From positions 1-64,000 of IMG/VR virus record IMGVR_UViG_3300044591_002232: a DNA stretch of 64,000 nt; one strand, 5' to 3'. The stretch's first letter is position 1. Each line of letters opens with the position of its first letter. The notes beneath the pieces are model-generated. The model had not been told where the DNA came from, made no database searches, and saw only the letters and a program-made list of their open reading frames with translations. Below, piece after piece: positions 1 through 9,010 of the stretch. The translations under genes and the position numbers were made by a program.

Positions 1-2
1 AG

Positions 3-733
3 GGCAATTTAGGTATCCAAGGAACAATAGGTCCACAGGGTATCCAAGGTATTCAAGGAATTCAGGGCAATTTAGGTATCCAAGGAACAATAGGTCCACA
101 GGGTATCCAAGGTATTCAAGGAATTCAAGGAATTCAGGGAATTCAAGGAATTCAGGGCAATTTAGGTATCCAAGGTATTCAGGGTACTCAGGGTATTCAA
201 GGTATATCTGGTATTGTTGGTTCTATTGGCCCACAGGGTATCCAAGGTATCCAAGGTATTCAGGGTACTCAGGGTATTCAAGGTATATCTGGTATTGTTG
301 GTTCTATTGGCCCACAAGGTATCCAAGGTATCCAAGGTATTCAGGGTACTCAGGGTGTTCAAGGTATATCTGGTATTGTTGGTTCTATTGGCCCACAGGG
401 TATCCAAGGTATTCAGGGTACTCAGGGTATTCAAGGTATATCTGGTATTGTTGGTTCTATTGGCCCACAGGGTATCCAAGGTATTCAAGGTATTCAAGGT
501 ACTCAGGGTGTTCAAGGTATATCTGGTATTGTTGGTTCTATTGGCCCACAGGGTATCCAAGGTATTCAGGGTATTCAAGGTACTCAGGGTGTTCAAGGTA
601 TATCTGGTATTGTTGGTTCTATTGGCCCACAGGGTATCCAAGGTATTCAGGGTACTCAGGGTATTCAAGGTATATCTGGTATTGTTGGTTCTATTGGCCC
701 ACAGGGTATCCAAGGTATTCAGGGTATTCAAGG
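3..733 (+). repeat. Tandem collagen-coding repeat (9-nt subunits in 54-63 nt higher-order units)
   Basis: Recurrent caaggtatatctggtattgttggttctattggcccacagggtatc blocks with a variable number of GIQ/GTQ triplets between them. Confidence 0.95.
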
Positions 734-1328
734 AGCGTCTGCTTTTTCAAATGCGACCGTAAATAATTTAAATGTCACGGGTATTTCTACATTAGGAATA
801 GTCAGAATATCTTCAGGAGTTGTAACTGCCACTTCTGGTATTGTAACTTATTATGGAGATGGTTCAAATTTAACTGGAATTACTGATGGTAATGTGGGTC
901 TCGGCACCACTGGCACACCGCAGTTTGCAGGGTTGGGTCTGGGCACGGCTGCCGTAGCCGGGTGGGAGCTGACGGTAGGGGGTGCCACCTGCCAGGTGCG
1001 GAATACGGTAACGGCGGTGAGCAATGTTTACTCGTTGGATGTGCAGGCTGCCAACGAGTTTGTTACTGCTGCAGCGATTGCAGAGGCAACTACGATTAAC
1101 CTGTCTAATCTGACTACAATCCCGAGCGGGTATTTATGGCGCGGGGTGCTGAGTTTTCAGTATACATCCGGCACGATTTCATGGTTTACGGGAAATAGTG
1201 GTTACACGGTGAAATGGGACGGAGGTAGCGCAATGACACCAACAGAAAATGAAATAGAGACCGTGGTGATTACAGTCGTTGGTGGTCAGACCACAATTGA
1301 AATTGCACCACTTAAGGGGAGGGTCTGA
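3..1328 (+). CDS. Collagen-like tail fibre protein, 5'-partial (ORF begins before the window)
   Basis: The frame starting at base 3 reads GNLGIQGTIGPQGIQG... with about 80 Gly-X-Y triplets to ~733, then NVTGISTLG...TYYGDGSNLTGI (cyanophage tail-fibre motif). It runs in frame into track ORF 894..1328. Confidence 0.85.
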   Translation, partial: GNLGIQGTIGPQGIQGIQGIQGNLGIQGTIGPQGIQGIQGIQGIQGIQGIQGNLGIQGIQGTQGIQGISGIVGSIGPQGIQGIQGIQGTQGIQGISGIVGSIGPQGIQGIQGIQGTQGVQGISGIVGSIGPQGIQGIQGTQGIQGISGIVGSIGPQGIQGIQGIQGTQGVQGISGIVGSIGPQGIQGIQGIQGTQGVQGISGIVGSIGPQGIQGIQGTQGIQGISGIVGSIGPQGIQGIQGIQGASAFSNATVNNLNVTGISTLGIVRISSGVVTATSGIVTYYGDGSNLTGITDGNVGLGTTGTPQFAGLGLGTAAVAGWELTVGGATCQVRNTVTAVSNVYSLDVQAANEFVTAAAIAEATTINLSNLTTIPSGYLWRGVLSFQYTSGTISWFTGNSGYTVKWDGGSAMTPTENEIETVVITVVGGQTTIEIAPLKGRV

Positions 1329-1330
1329 TC

Positions 1331-2371
1331 ATGCTGAGACGTAGTGCGTTGCTGGCAGCAACGAATAGTGGTGGGCCGCCGGGGTTTGGGGTCAAGTACA
1401 CGAATCCTGCAACTCTGCCTACGGGCACCGGCTTCGGTGTTGCATTTTCCCCTGCTGGTGATGCTATTGCAGTGGCTCATTTCATCTCCCTATTTATCAC
1501 CGCCTATCCCTGGTCAGCATCTGGCTTCGGCACGAAGTACACCAATCCCGCGACGCTGCCTACGGGCACTGGCTGGGACGTTGCATTTTCTCCGGCTGGT
1601 GATGCTATTGCAGTGGCGCATAACAGCTCTCCATTTATCACCGCCTATCCCTGGTCAGCATCTGGCTTCGGCACAAAGTACACCAATCCCGCGACGCTGC
1701 CTACGAGCACTGGCTGGGACGTTGCATTTTCCCCTGCTGGTGATGCTATTGCAGTGGCGCATAACGGCTCTCCATTTATCACCGCCTATCCCTGGTCAGC
1801 ATCTGGCTTCGGCACAAAGTACACCAATCCCGCGACGCTACCTACAGGCGACAGCTTCGGCGGCGTTGCATTTTCTCCGGCTGGTGATGCTATTGCAGTG
1901 GCTCATGGCAGCTCCCCATTTATTACCGTCTATCCCTGGTCAGCATCTGGCTTCGGCACAAAGTACACCAATCCCGCGACGCTGCCTACAGGCGACAGCT
2001 GGGGCGTTGTATTTTCCCCTGCTGGTGATGCTATTGCAGTGGCTCATGACAGCTCCCCATTTATTACCGTCTATCCCTGGTCAGCATCTGGCTTCGGCAC
2101 GAAGTACACGAATCCTGCAACTCTGCCTACGGGCACCGGCTTCGGTGTTGCATTTTCCCCTGCTGGTGATGCTATTGCAGTGGCTCATGGCAGCTCTCCA
2201 TTTATCACCGCCTATCCCTGGTCAGCATCTGGCTTCGGCACAAAGTACACCAATCCCGCGACGCTGCCTACAGGCGACGGCCTCGGCGTTGCATTTTCTC
2301 CGGCTGGTGATGCTATTGCAGTGGCTCATGGCAGCTCCCCATTTATTACCGCCTATCCCTGGAACTCCTAA
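1331..2371 (+). CDS. 7-bladed beta-propeller (WD40-like) protein, probable receptor-binding or tail-tip protein
   Basis: Seven near-identical 47-48 aa repeats GFGTKYTNPATLPT..VAFSPAGDAIAVAH..SPFITAYPW; follows the tail-fibre gene. Confidence 0.85.
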   Translation: MLRRSALLAATNSGGPPGFGVKYTNPATLPTGTGFGVAFSPAGDAIAVAHFISLFITAYPWSASGFGTKYTNPATLPTGTGWDVAFSPAGDAIAVAHNSSPFITAYPWSASGFGTKYTNPATLPTSTGWDVAFSPAGDAIAVAHNGSPFITAYPWSASGFGTKYTNPATLPTGDSFGGVAFSPAGDAIAVAHGSSPFITVYPWSASGFGTKYTNPATLPTGDSWGVVFSPAGDAIAVAHDSSPFITVYPWSASGFGTKYTNPATLPTGTGFGVAFSPAGDAIAVAHGSSPFITAYPWSASGFGTKYTNPATLPTGDGLGVAFSPAGDAIAVAHGSSPFITAYPWNS

Positions 2372-2637
2372 TGAACAAGCTCTCCATTCTAACCACCGCC
2401 CTTGAAGGCCGCGATCACGAACTGCTCTCCTATCAAATCAACATCGACAACTACCGCCTGGCCATCGCCAAAATCAACGCCGACCACGCCGATAACGATG
2501 ATTTGCTTTCATTCCGTGATGATCTGCAGGCTCGCCTTGACGAAGAACTCCACCAGCATCTTCGCGCTCGCATCATCCGCGATGTGATCGCGGAGCAAGT
2601 TGCCGAGCTGTCCACCCAGGAGGAACTAATCTCATGA
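2371..2637 (+). CDS. Hypothetical helical protein of the tail cassette
   Basis: 88-aa ORF translationally coupled (TAATG, ATGA overlaps) to both neighbours. Confidence 0.75.
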   Translation: MNKLSILTTALEGRDHELLSYQINIDNYRLAIAKINADHADNDDLLSFRDDLQARLDEELHQHLRARIIRDVIAEQVAELSTQEELIS

Positions 2638-3203
2638 ACTACGTCCACATCGCTGCAGACGGTCAGCCCGAGTACCCTTACAACCTCTGGCAGCTCCGCA
2701 AAGCACACCCCAACATCTCATTCCCCGCTGAACCCACCCCGGAAGACCTGGCGCCCTTCCACGTCTTTCCGGTCACCATCAACCCTCAGCCCGATGGTTA
2801 CGACCACCGCCTGCAGATCGTTGAGCAGATCCCGCCAACCATCACCGCTGATGGCTGGGTGATCAATTGGGCACTGCGCGACACCACCCCAGAGGAACAG
2901 GCCAGCTACGACGCTGCCCACACTCCCGAACCTCAGTGGATGGGTTTCGGTATCGAGCTGGCGGTTAACCCCGCCATCACCGAACTGTACGACAGCATCC
3001 CCACCGCACTGGCCAATGGCCTGAGCATCGGCCTGTCTGAAGCCAGCAAGGGCGACACCCGCTTATTCATCGGTTTGTGGCAGCGAGTTTTAGCCACTGG
3101 TGGGGTTTCTCCCGAGCTACTGGGAGAAATCGGCGCTCTGGCCCATCAGTTCAACCTGCCGACCAGTTTCGTTGCTCAGATGATGCCACCGAACAATGAA
3201 TAA
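2634..3203 (+). CDS. Probable tail-fibre assembly/chaperone-like protein
   Basis: YPYNLWQLRKAHPNISFP...W N-terminus resembles phage tail-associated proteins; last gene of the GC-rich cassette. Confidence 0.55.
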   Translation: MNYVHIAADGQPEYPYNLWQLRKAHPNISFPAEPTPEDLAPFHVFPVTINPQPDGYDHRLQIVEQIPPTITADGWVINWALRDTTPEEQASYDAAHTPEPQWMGFGIELAVNPAITELYDSIPTALANGLSIGLSEASKGDTRLFIGLWQRVLATGGVSPELLGEIGALAHQFNLPTSFVAQMMPPNNE

Positions 3204-3241
3204 CCGCAGTGATCCGAAAAAATCTATCGGTTTACTAAACT

Positions 3242-3249
3242 TATAAATA
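3242..3249 (+). promoter_or_regulatory. T4-type late promoter TATAAATA
   Basis: Exact T4 late consensus 22 nt before the ATG at 3271. Confidence 0.7.
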
Positions 3250-3270
3250 AACAAAACTTATAATGTCCTC

Positions 3271-4251
3271 ATGAATTTCGTTAAATATGCATTGGAGAAT
3301 GGTGGAACAATTAAACCTCTACTTATAAACCCAGAAGACCTTTCGGGACCATCAATCACAAATCCTTCTGTCTTCATTTATCAGAACAGAATATTAGTCA
3401 ATCTTCGTAATGTAAATTATACATTATATCACGCAGAACTCAATCGGTTTGAGCATATGTGGGGTCCATTATCCTACATTCATCCAGAAAATGATATGCA
3501 CCTGAGAACCACAAATTACATTGCAGAACTAGATGACAATCTAGATACGGTTCACTATTCAAAAATAGATACTTCAGACTTTGATACCTATCAACCACAG
3601 TGGGATTTCGTGGGCCTTGAAGATGTTCGGTTAGTAGAATGGAATGATAAACTCTATGGTATTGGTGTTCGCAGAGACTTAGACGACAAAGGAACCGGAA
3701 GAATGGAAATTAGTGAATTTCAGATTTCTGATTATTCGGTCAAAGAAGTTTTTCGTTATCGTATTCCTGGACCCCCCCCAGATAAAGAATACTGTATGAA
3801 AAACTGTACTCCAATTCTAGATAAACCTTTTCATTTATTAAAGTGGTCTAATCCCACTGCACTAATGAAATTTGATATTACTGGAAAGGAAACAGAAGTC
3901 TTTCAAACTGACCCAAATCCTACTCTACAAACTGACCTAAGAGGTGGTTCTCAGGTAATTCCTTATAAAAACGGATACTTATCACTTCTTCACGAGACAC
4001 ATCTTTATAATTCAGAACAAGGAAGAAAAAACGCGACTTATCGCCATCGGTTTGTAATTTGGGATAAGGAATTTAAACTTCAAAAAGTATCAAAATTATT
4101 TTCGTTTATGAATATAAAAATTGAGTTTTGTTGTGGTCTTGTAGAATATAAAAATGATTACTTGATTACTTTTGGTGCTCAAGATAATGCTGCTTATATT
4201 TTAAAAGTTTCTAAATCATTTGTGGAGGATTTTATTCATGAACAAACTTGA
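3271..4251 (+). CDS. Beta-propeller glycoside hydrolase/phosphorylase-like protein (GH130/GH43-like clan)
   Basis: Motifs NPSV, GLEDVRL, KNCTP, LRGGSQ, IEFCCG and FGAQD are characteristic of this 5-blade family. Confidence 0.65.
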   Translation: MNFVKYALENGGTIKPLLINPEDLSGPSITNPSVFIYQNRILVNLRNVNYTLYHAELNRFEHMWGPLSYIHPENDMHLRTTNYIAELDDNLDTVHYSKIDTSDFDTYQPQWDFVGLEDVRLVEWNDKLYGIGVRRDLDDKGTGRMEISEFQISDYSVKEVFRYRIPGPPPDKEYCMKNCTPILDKPFHLLKWSNPTALMKFDITGKETEVFQTDPNPTLQTDLRGGSQVIPYKNGYLSLLHETHLYNSEQGRKNATYRHRFVIWDKEFKLQKVSKLFSFMNIKIEFCCGLVEYKNDYLITFGAQDNAAYILKVSKSFVEDFIHEQT

Positions 4252-6130
4252 AGGACTTCCAACTATTCATTACATTAGTTTAGAAGAAAGCCTAGACAGA
4301 AGAACTAATTTAGAAAATTGGTTTCAAAAATATAATATAACAAACTATGTTCCTCATTTATTCAAAAGATTTGAAAATTATAATCATAATTTAATCGGAA
4401 CAAATGTGCATCTTTTGGCGGAACATTCAAAAGGTCCGATTACTTCTCATTTATGTTTACTCAGGGAATTATACGAGACTTATGATGATGAATATTTTTT
4501 GATTGTTGAAGACGATTTGTCTTTAGAAACTGTTGAACACTGGAACTTTACCTGGAAGCAATTCTATCAAAATCTTCCTAAAGATTGGAATGGTATTCAA
4601 TTAACTATTGTAAGAGAATATAATGTTAAAGCGTATTCTTTTGAAGAAAGAAGAGATAAAGACTGGTGTGTTGCTGGGTATTTAATAAAAAGAAACTATG
4701 CAAAATATCTCTTAGACTTATATTATTTTGATACTGATTTTAATCTAAACACTAGTTTTATTCCCGTAGTTGAGGACGTATTATTTTTTCATACTAATCC
4801 AAACATATATTGTTTTCCTTTATTTGTTGAGGATTTTTATAATGCAAAATCAACTTACAGAAATCCAGAACTGGTAGATGATTGTCATCATAAATCTTAT
4901 CGTAATGTTTTAAATTGGTGGGAAAATAAAGGTAAAAATTTAACTATTAATCAAATAATGAATACACAACTTAATCACATTTATCAAGAACCTCAATTTG
5001 GTGAAAATTGGTTTTCATATCCAAATCTGTATAGGAAAATGATTGAAAAATTCCCATCAGGTTCCAAGTTTGTTGAAATTGGTTCTTGGAAAGGAAAATC
5101 TTCCGCATTTATGGCAGTTGAAATTGCAAATTCCAATAAAAACATTGAGTTCTATTGTGTAGATACTTGGGAAGGAAGTGTAGAGCATCAAGATATAGAC
5201 GATTTAAAATCTTTATATGACACATTTAACCAAAATATGATGCCTTTAAAAGGCTATCATATTCCTTTAAGAATGACTTCACTTGAAGCGGTAAAAACTT
5301 TTGAAGATAAGTCTTTAGATTTTGTTTTTATTGATGCTTCTCACGAATATGAAGACGTGAAAAAAGATATTATTTCTTGGTTACCTAAGGTAAAACCAGG
5401 TGGAATTATTGCCGGACACGATTACTATCTTAATGGGACTGACTTTTTCCCTGGAGTAAAGCAAGCGGTTAATGAGACACTAAAAATTGATGAATTAGAA
5501 TTTTCTGAAGATTGTTGGATGTATAAAGTAAAATCTATATCTAATGAATTAATAGAATATTCATTAGATACTGAAAATGCGGAAAAAAATTATAATCTCG
5601 CAAAGTGGTATGAAAGTCAGGGTCATACTGCACCAGCACATATCTATTACTTGAGAGCAGCAGAAAGAAGTGAAGATAATCTTTTGGCATACTCCGCATT
5701 AATTCGTGGGTCATTCTGCTATGGGGCACAAAAATCAAGAGATTCTAGTGAAAAAGTATTACTAGAAAATGCTCTTGTGTTGCTACCCAAAAGACCCGAA
5801 GCATATTATTTTCTTTCGTTGATATATGAAAGAAAACAAGAATGGCAACATTCTTACATTTATGCAACACTAGGTCTAAATTGCTATGAAAATAACGATG
5901 AATGCATAAACATTAATATTCCAGAATATTCCGGGAAACATTTGCTTATTTTTCAAAAGGCAATTTCTTCTTGGTGGTGGGGAAAAGGAGATGAAAGTAG
6001 AGGACTTTTAGAATTATTATGCGATAATTATTGGAATGTTTTAGATGTGACACATAAATCTTTAGTCGAAGAAAACGCAAAAAAAGTTGGAGCAAAATTT
6101 GAAAAAAGACTACATTTCAACTTTCAGTAA
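4238..6130 (+). CDS. Fusion: GT25-like glycosyltransferase + class I SAM methyltransferase + TPR
   Basis: ATG 4238 follows a GGAGG RBS. GT25-like motifs YISLEESLDRR and LIVEDD; MTase motifs VEIGSWKGKSS, FVFIDASHEY and AGHDY; C-terminal TPR-like helices (PKRPEAYYFLS). Confidence 0.8.
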   Translation: MNKLEGLPTIHYISLEESLDRRTNLENWFQKYNITNYVPHLFKRFENYNHNLIGTNVHLLAEHSKGPITSHLCLLRELYETYDDEYFLIVEDDLSLETVEHWNFTWKQFYQNLPKDWNGIQLTIVREYNVKAYSFEERRDKDWCVAGYLIKRNYAKYLLDLYYFDTDFNLNTSFIPVVEDVLFFHTNPNIYCFPLFVEDFYNAKSTYRNPELVDDCHHKSYRNVLNWWENKGKNLTINQIMNTQLNHIYQEPQFGENWFSYPNLYRKMIEKFPSGSKFVEIGSWKGKSSAFMAVEIANSNKNIEFYCVDTWEGSVEHQDIDDLKSLYDTFNQNMMPLKGYHIPLRMTSLEAVKTFEDKSLDFVFIDASHEYEDVKKDIISWLPKVKPGGIIAGHDYYLNGTDFFPGVKQAVNETLKIDELEFSEDCWMYKVKSISNELIEYSLDTENAEKNYNLAKWYESQGHTAPAHIYYLRAAERSEDNLLAYSALIRGSFCYGAQKSRDSSEKVLLENALVLLPKRPEAYYFLSLIYERKQEWQHSYIYATLGLNCYENNDECININIPEYSGKHLLIFQKAISSWWWGKGDESRGLLELLCDNYWNVLDVTHKSLVEENAKKVGAKFEKRLHFNFQ

Positions 6131-6279
6131 ATCAAAATAATTCGTATTATGCAAATTCTACTTCTTTAAATTTTGTTCCAAGGGTGGACGGAGGCCCAAT
6201 TAAACAAAATTGGTTAAGAAGAATTATATACTGGCCTAAACGTTTACCAAATGAACAACTCCAGGCATTAACCAGGTAG
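6103..6279 (+). pseudogene. Relic C-terminus of a LamG/ConA-like tail protein
   Basis: Start-less open frame ending ...WLRRIIYWPKRLPNEQLQALTR*, a C-terminal motif I recall from cyanophage tail proteins. Confidence 0.45.
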
Positions 6280-6356
6280 ACACTTTATAAATCGTCCACT
6301 AACTTAACATAAAGTCCAATAATCGTCTATTATTCTGCTATTCACCAAATTTTGTA

Positions 6357-7589
6357 ATGACCTCCATTATTCTTCGTCCTCATCAGGCGACGGCTCTTTC
6401 TTCTATGGGAGAAAACGATCTTGGTAAAATTATTCTTCCGACTGGTGCAGGTAAAAGTATTGTTTTTATCAAAAACACCATAGAGCAATTTAAATCTGAT
6501 ATTCCCCAGACTGTTTGCGTTGTTGCCCCAAGGATTCTCCTCGCGGTTCAACTTTCTGCTGATTACGAAAAGCACGTTAATAATGCGAAATATATGCATG
6601 TGCATTCTGGTAGTCGGCTAAGAAACTACCGCACTACCAATATAAAAGATATTCAAGAGTGGCATAATATCCATAAAGATGATCATAAACTTATTTTTAC
6701 TTCTTATAATTCCCTGAAGAAAATCACCGAGTCAAATATTAAGGTGAACACCTACAATTTTGATGAATGTCACAATTCTACTAAGAAGTCCTTCTTTCCA
6801 CACATTGAAGATGCAGTAAGGGAAGCAGACAAGAAGTACTTTTTTACTGCCACTCCTAAGAACTCTGCAATTCCAACAAAAAAACCCGGAATGAATATTG
6901 CCGAGGTTTATGGTCATGATATTTGTAAGATTCCTATGACCGAGATGGTATATGGTGGTTATGTTTTGCCTCCATTGGTGGTTAAGAAGGAAGTGAATAT
7001 TGAAGAAAGTATGGATGAAATGAATAATAATCTGATTCTAAAAACCTTGGACGAGGATACTCCCAAGAAGGTTCTTATTTCTGCGAAATCAACAAAATCA
7101 ATTATTTCTCTTCTTACTGAGACCGATTTTGTCTCTCAGATGAAGGACAGAGATTATAGTATTATGCATATAACTGCGGCTCACGGGGCATATATTGATG
7201 GTAAAGAGGTAAAGCGAGATGTGTTTTTTAGAACTTTGGATGAGTGGGGAAATGACGATTCTAAGAAGTTTGTTCTTCTTAACTACTCGATTCTTTCTGA
7301 AGGGATCAATGTCAATTCGTTGGATGCCGTGATCTTTATGAGAAATATGGATGCAATTGCCATGTTGCAAACCATTGGACGTGTGATCCGTCTTCATAAA
7401 GAAGATGCAGATCACATTGCTTCTGGTGAATTGCGGGTCGGGGATTATAAAAATTACAAGAAGCCTTATGGTATGGTAGTACTTCCTCACGGTGATTCCA
7501 AATCGAAATCAATTGCTTCCGATATTGAAAATTTAATTTATCGGTCATTTGTTGCAGGCGAAGTAGTTTCTCAGGAAATTGTAAAGTAG
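6357..7589 (+). CDS. Superfamily 2 (DEAD/DEAH-like, ResIII-type) helicase
   Basis: Q-motif LRPHQ, Walker A PTGAGKS, Walker B FDECH, motif III TAT, motif VI QTIGRVIR. Confidence 0.9.
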   Translation: MTSIILRPHQATALSSMGENDLGKIILPTGAGKSIVFIKNTIEQFKSDIPQTVCVVAPRILLAVQLSADYEKHVNNAKYMHVHSGSRLRNYRTTNIKDIQEWHNIHKDDHKLIFTSYNSLKKITESNIKVNTYNFDECHNSTKKSFFPHIEDAVREADKKYFFTATPKNSAIPTKKPGMNIAEVYGHDICKIPMTEMVYGGYVLPPLVVKKEVNIEESMDEMNNNLILKTLDEDTPKKVLISAKSTKSIISLLTETDFVSQMKDRDYSIMHITAAHGAYIDGKEVKRDVFFRTLDEWGNDDSKKFVLLNYSILSEGINVNSLDAVIFMRNMDAIAMLQTIGRVIRLHKEDADHIASGELRVGDYKNYKKPYGMVVLPHGDSKSKSIASDIENLIYRSFVAGEVVSQEIVK

Positions 7590-7684
7590 ACACTTTTTAA
7601 ACTGTCTACTTGTTAGATCAATTTCCTTCTTTATGGGGTATTCTTGGTTTGTCCTGTAAATGTTCACTACCGTAAATTCCAATT

Positions 7685-9010
7685 ATGTTCAAAATTTCTG
7701 AAAAAGCCAACCCTAATTATCTTGCGGAGATCGTTGTATTAAATAATCTGCGACCACACCCAAACGCAGATAGATTGCAAATCGCCACAATTCAAGGAAA
7801 TAGTGTGATTGTTTCTCTTGATGCCAAAGAAGGGGATGTTTATGTTTATTTCCCATTAGAGTGCGCCATAAATAAAGAATTTCTTTCTTGGAGTAATTCG
7901 TTTTCCGATAAGACACTTAATAACGACAAAGAAGTGGCTGGATTCTTTAATACGAAAGGTCGTGTGAGGGCAGTTAAACTCCGTGGAATCCCATCACAAG
8001 GTTATGCTCTTCCGGCCCAAAAATTTCTTGATTGGCTAGAAGAAAAGACTGGAAAATCCATTTCTCTTAAAGAAGAATGGATCGGAAAGGAGTTTGATTC
8101 ATATGATGATATTCTGATCTGTGAGAAATATGTAAGTCCTCTAGTCCTTAAAAATCAGAATAAAGAGAAAAAGAATCAAAAGAAAGTTGTTCGTGAGCCA
8201 AAAGTGGTGGACGGACAATTCCGCTTCCATCCTGATACTCTTCAACTGAAGAAATCTATTCATAATATCTCTCCAAATGATTATATTTCTATTACACGAA
8301 AACTTCATGGAACTTCCTGGGTGGCAAGTCGCCTTCTTTGTAATAAAAAACTGACTCGATTTGAAAAAATCCTGAAGCGTTTTGGTATCAAAATTCAAGA
8401 TACTCATTACGATCTTCTTTGGGCCTCTCGTAGAGTTCTAAAGAACGGTTTTCTAGAAATCGGGAATAAAGATCATTTCTATTCTTATGATCTCTGGGAA
8501 GAAATCGCCAAATCAGTCGAATATGCCATTCAAGATTCCATTACTCTTTATGGTGAAGCAGTGGGGTACACGAAAACCGGGGCGTACATTCAAACCGGAT
8601 ATGATTATGGCTGCCCCGCCGGGCAGTTTGCAACTTATGTCTACCGAATTACAACAACCAATCATTCTGGGCAGGTTTATGAATTTTCTCATAGGCAAGT
8701 CAAGGACTATTGCGAAAAATATGGTCTGAATATGGTTCCAGAGATTTATTATGGAAAAGCAAAGGACTTATATCCCGAACTTTCCGTGAATGATCATTGG
8801 CATCAAAACTTCCTTGATCGTCTTATTGGAGATTATCTTGAAAAAGACTGTGAACTGTGCAAATCTAAGAAAGTACCAGATGAAGGTGTCTGTCTAAGAA
8901 AGGATATTTTTGATTCTGAAATTTATAAACTAAAATCCTTCAAATTCCTAGAATGGGAAACTAAGGAATTGGACAACGAAAACTTTGTAGATTTGGAGTC
9001 AGAAAATTGA
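7685..9010 (+). CDS. ATP-dependent RNA ligase with N-terminal OB-fold (Rnl2/DRB0094-like)
   Basis: N-terminal PHPNADRL; nucleotidyltransferase motifs KLHGTS, LYGEAVG, EGVCLR and KLKS. Confidence 0.85.
   Translation: MFKISEKANPNYLAEIVVLNNLRPHPNADRLQIATIQGNSVIVSLDAKEGDVYVYFPLECAINKEFLSWSNSFSDKTLNNDKEVAGFFNTKGRVRAVKLRGIPSQGYALPAQKFLDWLEEKTGKSISLKEEWIGKEFDSYDDILICEKYVSPLVLKNQNKEKKNQKKVVREPKVVDGQFRFHPDTLQLKKSIHNISPNDYISITRKLHGTSWVASRLLCNKKLTRFEKILKRFGIKIQDTHYDLLWASRRVLKNGFLEIGNKDHFYSYDLWEEIAKSVEYAIQDSITLYGEAVGYTKTGAYIQTGYDYGCPAGQFATYVYRITTTNHSGQVYEFSHRQVKDYCEKYGLNMVPEIYYGKAKDLYPELSVNDHWHQNFLDRLIGDYLEKDCELCKSKKVPDEGVCLRKDIFDSEIYKLKSFKFLEWETKELDNENFVDLESEN

Noticed and set aside
162-762. Track ORFs 162..731 (-) and 214..762 (+) with repetitive translations
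   Set aside because: Shadow frames of the collagen repeat; the real frame starts at base 3 and continues to 1328.
1344-2405. 353-aa alternative-frame ORF over the propeller gene
   Set aside because: Stop-free only because the repeat unit lacks stops in that frame; no plausible fold or RBS.
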